The position numbers were made by a program, and so were the translations under genes. Source: Catajapyx aquilonaris (Eukaryota). Taken from it: DNA of 37,307 nucleotides. Shown in pieces: positions 1 through 37,307 of the stretch. The stretch covers positions 1 to 37,307 of the forward strand of contig KZ539234.1 of assembly GCA_000934665.2 (NCBI GenBank), in the 5' to 3' direction. Below the pieces are notes generated by a model. That model saw only the letters and a program-made list of their open reading frames with translations. It had not been told where the DNA came from and did not search any database. Position 1 is the stretch's first letter. Every line of letters begins with the position of its first letter.

Positions 1-896
1 TTTTTTTTTTTTTTTTGTAAATGCGTGTGAAGACATATGCAGGGACAAAATGGCGTTTATTTGGTAGGTAAGATGGAGGGCGGTTCGGCGGAATGGTATC
101 CATGAATACACATGAGCTTTTGCCTCTCTGGGTCTTGTCCCTTCGTTTGGAAGTCTTGTCCGGAGAATGAACTTGAAAAACGTGATACGAACCCCTTTGA
201 GTGAAACCATTTGTCCTTGAAGCGGAAAGTGTGGGTCCGGGGTTGCCGGAGTTACCTTCTTTTAGCACCGGTGTTGCAGGTGACACGACTGGTTCAGAGG
301 ACAAGCGTGTTTATGGCTGTCAATCAGATTCGCAAACAGGGTCTGCAAAATGTGTGGATGTGAATGTTCGGTTATGTACAACGAATTTCCGGTGATATAA
401 AAATGGTCAGCAACTGGCTGGCATAACACCCACGAATGACCTCTTCGGATGTTGCGCATGGACATTGGGTACATGGAACGTACACATTCTTCCATAAACA
501 TAATTGGGAGATGGGAGTGGGTTAAGACATGTGGAGGTTGTTGGCTCGACTTTGAACCGGTGACCTTGATCTCGTGAGACTCATATGGCCGAACACACTC
601 CCCTCGCTCGTACTCTCCTTGCAATATTGGAAGCTAGGCTGGTAAATTGCATATTGGGACAGCCCCCCCACCCCCCTCCCCTCCAAAACGATTTGGTGGT
701 ATTGTTAGAGCAGCACACGTTGGGCTTGCGGAGTGAATGATGCGACATTTGCTGCATCATTGAATAAATCGGATTAGAATGACTCAGGCTGGAATGAAAT
801 TGAGGGTCGGTGAACCACCTCGTGGGTGGGTGTGAAAGTGGCCAGCAGGGGTGGACGTTGAACAAAAGGCGACCACAATCGGATCTGAAGATAGCC

Positions 897-947
<51 letters not shown>

Positions 948-974
948 CATCATCATCATCATCATCATCATCAT
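897..974. repeat. compound microsatellite (AAT)n(CAT)n
   Basis: seen directly; abuts a single N at 975. Confidence 0.97.
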
Positions 975-3900
975 NGTAACATGTAGAAATGTGGGCCCAT
1001 TTTTTCTACCCACGAATGTTAACATATTCCGTTTTGGACATAGGTGCCATATTTTTTATCGGGTGGCAGGCTGATTTATAGGTTGGGCGGTATTTCTTTT
1101 GTGTCATAATTACCGGTGGTCTTGTAGTCTGGAAATGGGGAAGGCGAAAAAAGGGCATGGGTCCTAACAAGGATTAACGTCAGAAGAAACGAACGTTACT
1201 GCACTTGTATGTGGGCCGACCGAAAAAAAAACAAAAAAAAAAAAAAAACGTGCAGGTGAAATTGCTAACCAGGTTTGGAGCGGACAGCGAAGTCATTATG
1301 CAGGATTTGGCTTTTGCGAAATTGCATCGGGGCATTGCATCGGGTTTTCTGCCAGCCAGAGCTTGGTGGGGAGGGGTTTTGGGGGGGATGTCATGTTTTG
1401 TAGGAAGGGGTATTTTTCCACTTTTGGGTGAGGAGGATTGATCGCGGGAATTTCGCAGGGGGTAAAACCCAAGGCGTTGACTTTAGGGGGTACAGGGTGC
1501 GACATGAGTTCTGGAGGAGTTAGCAGGCGGAGGGCGGAACGGAAACCAGTCGGATGATGCGGATTTTTTGGGCACGTCCAGCATTGCGTGATGGACAAAG
1601 GGGGAGAGGTGTAAAAATAAAGAGAGGAGGCCTGCGGAATGAATTTATTTGGTCGGGTGTATAAGCGGCAATTGGCCTCAAATAAATTGTGTTGGTAATT
1701 TTCTTATCGCGCTTGCAATTTGGATAATAAGTACTCCGGCGTCAGAGTACTTTCGAGGTGGAAATGGGCATGTAGATTGTGTGTATCACAATGTTTGTAA
1801 TTGTTCCAAGGGTTAGGCGCGTAGCGGAACTTCACAATTTGCGGAGCGTATAGTTTATTATTATTGTGATTATAAAAAAACAACATAGATGCGAATCTCT
1901 GGCAGATAATTGTATCGCATACATTGTATTTGTCGCGATGTTGCCTCTCCACTACCCAGGCTGGAACAGGTCAAGAGTCAAGGCAAGGTGTTGTATTGCC
2001 AAATTCTTTCGTTCAATCATGGATTGCTCACTCCAGCAACCAGTTTAAAGAGAATCAATAATGGTAACGAGTGAAAGTAGTTCGAATTGTACCCTCGAAC
2101 TGGTTGCTGGGTTGAACAATTCATCAAGTCTTCCCTGTCCGCGCCCCTTGAACTGGGGACTTGGGTAGTGTACTACCTTCTATGTATAGTGCAATATTAA
2201 CTCAAGTATAGGTTTCATAGCTCCGGTGAAATAACTGTCGTGTAGTACCTGGTACATTACACGATGAACCCAGAAGAGGGACGTCACCCTCCAGTCAATG
2301 CCACCCAAATGATGCGAAGCATGTGAACAATGAAGGGAAGGTTCCCATTCGTTGCACTAACCTTACTCGAAACCTTCAGTGTGGTCATCAAGCTTATGAA
2401 TACCGTTTTGCCACCGATGCATGGAGTTGAATGCCACGTGATGAATTTGCAATTGATTTCGCATGAACTTGCGTGATGTGGCACCCTGTACAGGTGGGGA
2501 GTGTCGTGTTTTTTTGTTTTTTTTTAGCTTACAGGTTTGTCGCGTGATTAGTACTTATCAGCCGTGTGATAGTATTTGGCCAGGGCTACAAAAGCAACCC
2601 GGGTTCATAACTGTGCCGCAATAATAAATCAACGATAAGTGCCGGTATAATTAGCGTTGGGGTCAGCTCTGTTGTCGTCCACGCGTCATTGGTCCAGTCC
2701 GGACTTATCAGCGCACCAGTGGATTAGCTCGTCGTAAAAGTCACATCTAAAAGCTTCGGTCCAGGTAATAAGAACAAGGCATATTCAGGACAAGAAGCTT
2801 ATCGTTTTCCGGTTGACTCACCCTACCCCCGTGTACTTTTAGGGGGCCGTAAAAAAAAAACAACCAACGCGGCGAAAATTCTTGCGGAGTGAAACTTGCC
2901 AGCTCATGTTTAGTGGCGTCAAAGTGGTGATCGACACGGCGCAAATGAATGCAATCGCTGAATAAATTGTGGGCAATATACTTGCAATTGAGACCGCTGA
3001 TTGTCACAATTAAACGATTAAAAAGTGGGTCTGGGAAGGTGGGGGTGGCGGAGGATAAATTTTTGTTGAGATAGTTTGGGGGTCGTAGGATGCGATACTA
3101 TTGATCCATGGAGTGGGAAGGAACATCTGTTGAATCCCAGGAGGCGATTTCCATGCTCTGGAAGGAAATAAGGACGTTTCATTTCCTGCACTGCCATTTT
3201 TGGTGCCTATCGTCGGCTGGTGGGGGAAGGAGGGATGACAATGGGCTGAAAATTGGTTGTCCCTGAGATGATGGGGGAAATATGGAGTTGACTTACATGT
3301 CGTGCCAGGTTTGGGGGTGTGGGGGATTGCTTTTTAAAAGCGGCTTTTCTGGGAGCCTGTGTAAGAGGGTGCACAGGATGAGTCATTGGTGGCCACCTAG
3401 TAACCCATATTCTGGTGATAACGGTTATGTGCATACCTATGTCAACATGCGGATGCTGCATGGATCATATGGGTGGAAGTGGTGACTAATAATTTTTGAA
3501 ATATTTGCCTGAAAATTGCTGTGTAAGGGGTTTGAGAACACTCGGAAGATGGGATTAGGAGGATTTTAATAGGGGTTTGAGACATGTTTTTTTTTTTTTT
3601 CTTCTTCTTCATTTGAGCGGATATCGAGCGGGCTAAAGCTCTGCTGGAGATGAAGTCGCATTTCATTTAATGCCAGGATTCATGAGGATATCGTAAAGTT
3701 AGGCCCCCGGGCACATTCCCGGAATAATTTGACGATTCGCACAGTATTTCATCGTGTTAGAAGGCTGTCAGCGATGTCTGGCGCAACCAAAAGTGCCGGA
3801 AAATTGAGCCAGCTTTTCTAACGAGACCATAGGCAAATATTTAACTACTGGATGACGTCAAGTGCGACATATGTATTAGGGAGAGAGGAGAAGAAGAAGA

Positions 3901-5059
3901 AGAAAAAAAAAACCCGGGACGAACAAACAGGACAGTCTGCACATTTCCTGCTCGGTTAGAAACCAAACTCAGCTTTCCTCTTTTTGTCATGTGTATGTGT
4001 GTGTCGGCACGCAAGTGGCAAACGAGCCGAGAAGAAATTCATGTATGTCTGATTCCAAATGGTTGGTGGCGCCTCGCATAATGAAATGGACGATGACTGG
4101 GAGTGTGACAAATGAAGTGGTATGGGTTCACCATTTTTCCCCCACTTTCTCTGGCTCAGGACAGATTGGCATTGAGGACTGTAAAATATATATATATTTC
4201 GGCAGGCGACAAATGGCAGGTTGGAGAGAATGGATGGTTAGGGAGTGGGGCTTCTGGAGGTCGTGAGGGACTAGCCTTGGCTGGATCAAGTGACCTTCAC
4301 ATTGACACAAAGACACTAAAGGGTTGCATTTAATTATAGGCCGCCATATGCCATGCTGTTAAAAAGGTGGAAAGTTAAAAATAGGGGCGGGGGAAAAAAA
4401 TGGGAAAGGGACTGGTGGCGTTCAAAAGTTGGGCTGCAAGCAGACCGATGTTTGTGTTTACCTGCCCCAAAATAAACATGTACCGTTTGGGAAGAGCGTT
4501 GACTTGCAGTGGTATGATGCTAGGTGCTACGCATATTGCGAGGTGCCAAATAGTAACTTTTTTTCTTTTTTTTTCTTTTTTTTTGCGGAAATAGCGAGTG
4601 TCAAAATAATTTAGGAGTTATCAGGACTGGAGTGTGACTGTTACTTAACAGCAGTCTGATGTAGTGGATAAGATGATAGACTCATGAGGCTATCTTGTAG
4701 TAGTTAATCTTGAGGCAGTTTAGAACTCGAGTTGACCAAAGCGGATGTAGTGTGACATGCTTCAGACCACAAAATAATGATGACCAAAATAAATTATGGA
4801 TGTAAATGTTTATTTCACATATAATGACTAATAAAATGTGGTACAAGAAGTGTTAAAATAATTGTTGCCGGCAGGAAATTTTCATTTAGGCCTGCTGAAT
4901 CTACAGCTGATTGCAAACCAAATGTAACAAAATATTGTCATTTTATTTCCATGGTGTAACTATTATGATAATTTAAAACTTGAAGGATAAGCAGGAGAGA
5001 GCTTTATATTAATCCAGAAACTCTTGGTGTTGCTAATTTGGATATTTGTACAATTTCAG

Positions 5060-32881
<27,822 letters not shown>

Positions 32882-34919
32882 GAAGAGTCAGCCACTGGGC
32901 AGGGATAATGGGGAGATGTAGTAAAAGGGGAGGGGGTGAGGAACATTGTTTGTCGATATTGTAGAGTGGCGAAATAACCAGGGATGATTTTCAATGATGG
33001 TGATGAGGCACAGCTGACATTATGTATTCCTACATGCGTCGAAAGTTGATTTTTTGCTGGCTGCAGGTAGTAGGCCACTGGCTTGTTGTTGAAAGGCTCA
33101 GCGATATCTCATCACCACTGCAGAAAATCAATCATCATCTCCCTGTGTAACACCCCAGCTAGCCCTTGTAGATTGTCTGGATGTTGACTCACTGTTGGCT
33201 AGCCTGCTTGCTGTATGTTTTTGGGAACGAGTTGTGATTTATTGTAGTACTTTTTTAAATATTCACTTCCAATTTTTGATACCTCAGGTTGCAATAATGA
33301 GAGTGCATTGAAGACAATCCTTAAAACAGGTTGATATCAACAGCAGGTTTGGTACTGTTTGGATAGTTGACAGTTGGTATGTCATTGCTTAGCCAGTCTG
33401 CAAATGCTAGCTGGTATTGGTGCAATTCAATGAGGGCCCTTTTTTAAAACAAAGTTTCCAGGATCTCTCGGTCTCAAAAATTTACACATTAAATTTGAAT
33501 ATAAGTGCCAAAAAAGATGTTTTTTTTTACACTGGTTCAGAAGTTGTGTGGAAGTAGTACTACCAATAGAAAAACCATTGGTTGTGTGAGTCCTGCTCAA
33601 TTTATTGCTGAAATTGGGTTGTTATGAAGGCATTGCTACCGGAAGCTTTGTTTTGAAAAACAAAAAAAAACACACAAAAAAATGCAAAATCGAAAACTTA
33701 CGACACCGGGGAGCAGTTTATTTTGTCACCAATGCTTACAAATGATTCTCGTGACATTCCTAATATGTAATGAAAAACACTCAATCTGTTGGTTGTGTCA
33801 ATTGAACCCTGAGAATTTGGATGGCTTAAATTTCAACTTGCAGTGTATATGGGAAAAAGAAAAAACAGTATTGCAAAGAAGCTGGCATATCAGCAGTTCT
33901 ACAGGTGAGAAATTTTGAACAGCAAATGCAAACTGCAGGCACCTGGGAAAAGGCTCTGATGTCACTTGGAAACTCTTAAGACACTTGAGGACAGGGAAGA
34001 TCAGTATTCAAGTTGAGAAAATGGTATTCATATCAGTCTTCCAAAACACTTGAACAGATAAACAATGACAGAAACAATCAGAATAAGGACCAAACGGGTC
34101 AGTGGAATTATTGTACTAAAAAATGACTGATTTTGTAGGAACTCGGTGTACTATAACATGTTAGGGAGCTTCTATGTCACAACAATACAACACATTTTCT
34201 ACTGGATTTTGTACGGACCAAATTCCTGGACATGCGGTTTACGCTAGGTATGGTCGTTTATAGAGTTTTGTACATTTTATATACCTCTCAAACCACAACA
34301 GGGAGAGTTTTTAAAATGATGGTCGGTGCTTGAAGAGGATGGAGTATTGGACTTTTTGGTGTTAGAATTTTTTTGTCAAGTGTAGCTCTGTAGTATTCCA
34401 CGATGTACAGACCATTCATTGTTATGTGAAACCTCCTGTCGAGAATGACAATTCGACAGGCATCCTAATTGGAGATCCCTAGTTGCTCCCAGGGCTGCAA
34501 ACATCGACATTCCTGCATATACGAGCATCTTATTTGCCACTGAATTTCTGTTAGGGACATGTAAAGTAAATAGGGGTATGAATTGCCTACTCTGCTGTGA
34601 TTTCACACAGTAGACACACACACAAACCAGAAAACATACTTCAGTTTACTCTTCAGATAGGAATGAAAGGTATGAAAGAGATACAGAGTAACATTTCACC
34701 AGTAAGAGTGTTGAAAAAGAAAGGTAGAGTTCTGGACACAATACAGTGTTGAAAGGTTTAGAAAGTGTTCTGAACATGATAGATTTTGCTGGGCAATATA
34801 ATTACTATCATTTCTAATACCTCTAGGCTTACTACTAATATGAAAAATAATTTTTTGCTATTTTATTATCATTAACGTGTGAAGTGTGGAGCAATCGAGA
34901 TCCTGTGTGTGTATTTGGA

Positions 34920-34925
34920 AATAAA
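34920..34925 (+). terminator. candidate polyadenylation signal (second candidate 35044-35049), implying a ~2 kb 3'UTR
   Basis: AATAAA hexamers with GT/T-rich sequence nearby; cleavage site cannot be determined from DNA. Confidence 0.4.
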
Positions 34926-35263
34926 AAGTAGTCTCAAGTCGCCTGCATTATGTATATAAGTGGAAGCGAAATTTTGTTGTCAGTTAAGAAGTGTTTTGGG
35001 GAAAGTTATTATTTGGGTTTTTCTAAATTTGATGTCTAATGTCAATAAAGTACGGAAAGCGGCAGCAGAATTCATTGCCACAGATATGATGACCTAAGTG
35101 GCTACAGTGACCAACTTGTGTACTTGATTTATCGCATTCCTTGTTATGCTGGGATCTCGAAAAGGAAATAAATGAGGATTGGATAAATGTTAGAGTTGCT
35201 CATTATTGTGATTTCAGTCATAACTGGTTGACTTGCTGCTTGAGGAATTTCAGACCTGAAATA

Positions 35264-35408
35264 TAGTAAAACCTCGATATAACGCTCTTCAATGGAACAC
35301 CCAAAAGTGTTATAAGCATTATATACGGGAAAATTTACCTTATGGAAATGATCAAGGGACCGGAAAAAGGGGTGTTAGAAGCGGGAGTGTTATATTGAGG
35401 TTTTACTG
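35264..35408. mobile_element. short pogo/Tigger-like MITE
   Basis: TAGTAAAACCTCGATATAACGC versus GTGTTATATTGAGGTTTTACTG (19/22 IR match). Confidence 0.75.
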
Positions 35409-35607
35409 GAGGCCTACTATTGCAGCCAGAAATATGGAGGCGACTCAACTTTCAAGGCTCCGACGAGTTCACTGGAAACTACGAGTTTATTTGACTTTTT
35501 CTAGCCATTAAAGCTCTTTAGCCAGTACACTCATAATAGTACAATATCAATATATTGCAACAAATAGTTTTAAAAGTAGATAAATGAATATTCGAGCTTC
35601 CAATGAA

Positions 35608-35935
35608 TTCATCCAATCATCAGTCACCAGTCAAAGAACCACCAATCTTCAAGACTTCAAACAACAAGGCATCGATTCATCAGGCTTCAAGGCAACAAAT
35701 TATCTGCATCAAGTCATCGGCATGAAGGCATCAAGTCATCTGGTCATCTGGTCATCAAGTCATCTAAACAACTGATCATCGAGGCATCAGATCATCTAAA
35801 CAAATGATCACCGAAGCATCTGAAGATCTGGTCATCAAGGGATCGGATCATCTGGTTGTCTGGTCATTTGATCAATAATGCAACTGATCATCTGGTCATC
35901 AAGGCTTCAAGTCAACAGGTCATTAGGTCATCTGA
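35608..35935. repeat. degenerate minisatellite of TCATCTGG / TCATCAAG units
   Basis: dense recurrence of TCATC/GCATC cores, often at 8-9 nt spacing. Confidence 0.75.
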
Positions 35936-36659
35936 TTTCCCTCATGGTAGACATAACCTATAACATCATTAGTATGGTACTGTTCTATAGATATTCAGTG
36001 TGGAAAGATTGACATCTGCTGTTCTTGTGTAAAGTGCATTTTCTCTACATTATTTTGTTTTCTCCCTTGACAACTGTCCTTGTTGCATTGCCATTGCAGC
36101 ATTAAAAGCACAAGGCTAGGATCTATAATGAGGTGGTCATAACTCATTTTCAACATATGTTGTTTTTGCGTGGCCTGACCAGTCACCAGAGGGTTCATTG
36201 TATCTGTCAAACGAGATGGCCAGATGCATGTATCTGGTCATCACTGGCCACCCCTGAATGGGATTAAGGCCATGACGAATATAGTAGCCTATAGTATAGT
36301 AAAGTTGTTTTTGAAAAAAAAAACATGTTCAATACACAATAGTGTTGTGATGTCATTGTTAATGTATGTTTTTCGTGTTGTTGCAGAGACGTCACTGGTT
36401 TTCCATTTCCAGTCAACATGTTCGATTGTTGCAACACATCACCTTTTTAGCCATGATAGTACCTGCATAGGGTCATATCGTCAGCATACCAGCGGAACAC
36501 ACTAAGTCCAATTTTGGCAGTTTTGAGTTATTTGCACCACTAGTAGCATTTCAAATTATCTTGTCACTTTCTACAAAACCATTAGCCCTCAGAATTAATA
36601 ATGAGCCGGCAAACTAGGATTCAAACATACCAGCTCTTGAACATACTAAGGCCAGGATT

Positions 36660-36872
36660 TATTATTATTATTGTTGTTGTTGTTGTTGTCTCCGCTGGCA
36701 TGTAAAAAAGTGCAAGGTGCAGTGCAATGTCTCAAACGGTCATTTTGTGAGCTCCCCCGGGTGGTTAGTCTCAAGGAATCCCACCCGAGACGACCCAACT
36801 CTGCACGAGATAAATGGGGGAATGGCCGGGCTTGGGATCGCGTAAGTTTCCGCAGCGCCACTCCGCCTCCCC
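36660..36872 (-). mobile_element. second, internally deleted copy of SINE family A with (AAC)n(AAT)n tail
   Basis: 36787-36811 is the exact reverse complement of 10424-10448; head GGGAGGCG(G/A)AGTGGCGCTGC shared. Confidence 0.8.
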
Positions 36873-37307
36873 GATCGAATTGTGTAATGGCCGGAGCCCA
36901 TGACACTTGCTTTTGGATAGACAATTCAGTGTTCTGATTGAGTCCCCTAGGGCCTAGAGACTCTCCCCTACAGAAATATCCCATAAAAATTATTACTGTT
37001 ATTATAATCTGATAAGGAGTAATGCCATTATGAAACTGGGATCCCTCACATATTGAAATAAGTCAAATGCGACTGTCCTCTATTTCAGGTATTTGGTATA
37101 TAGTTTCACTTCTCCCCAACATAATTTAAAAAAATATTATTACAGATTATACAGCATTTTTAAAACCTGGGCCCTAGGCTAAGCCAACGGCCAAGCTGCT
37201 TTTGAAAATAAAAAAAACAGCCCATTAGTGGCTCATTTATCATCATTCATCACCATTCTTTGTTTTGCACAAGGTCACTTCTTCAACTATTTCGAAACCT
37301 AATGTGC

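Noticed and set aside
774..1025. Poly-Met/Ile ORF (and poly-Ile ORF 10135-10425)
   Set aside because: Translations of microsatellites
3587..3913. T-run(CTT)n and (GAA)n A-run in inverted orientation
   Set aside because: Low-complexity match only; no further arm similarity
33270..33335. Acceptor-like CTCAG in the 3'UTR as an alternative terminal exon
   Set aside because: Gives an almost immediate stop in the needed phase; no supporting evidence

Overview
Eukaryotic genomic DNA, probably arthropod (likely insect). Most of the window is a + strand non-muscle myosin II heavy chain gene (zipper/MYH9-10 type). I traced 27 GT-AG bounded coding exons from 5060 to a TAA stop at 32879-32881; they splice in phase to 5559 nt (1852 aa). 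The N-terminal exon(s) were not found and presumably lie upstream of the window. A candidate 27-nt cassette micro-exon (15102-15128, PQPSPVFLI), absent from the ORF track, lies in the loop-1 intron. The large introns hold non-autonomous mobile DNA: TA-flanked CAGGGT/CAGTA-ended MITEs, a near-perfect foldback with ~350-bp arms, a tRNA-derived SINE with a 15-bp target-site duplication, a second SINE family (one copy nested in a MITE arm), small palindromes and microsatellites. I found no convincing wholly new system; the best leads are the micro-exon with its splicing signals, the intronic foldbacks and a possible short-tail isoform.
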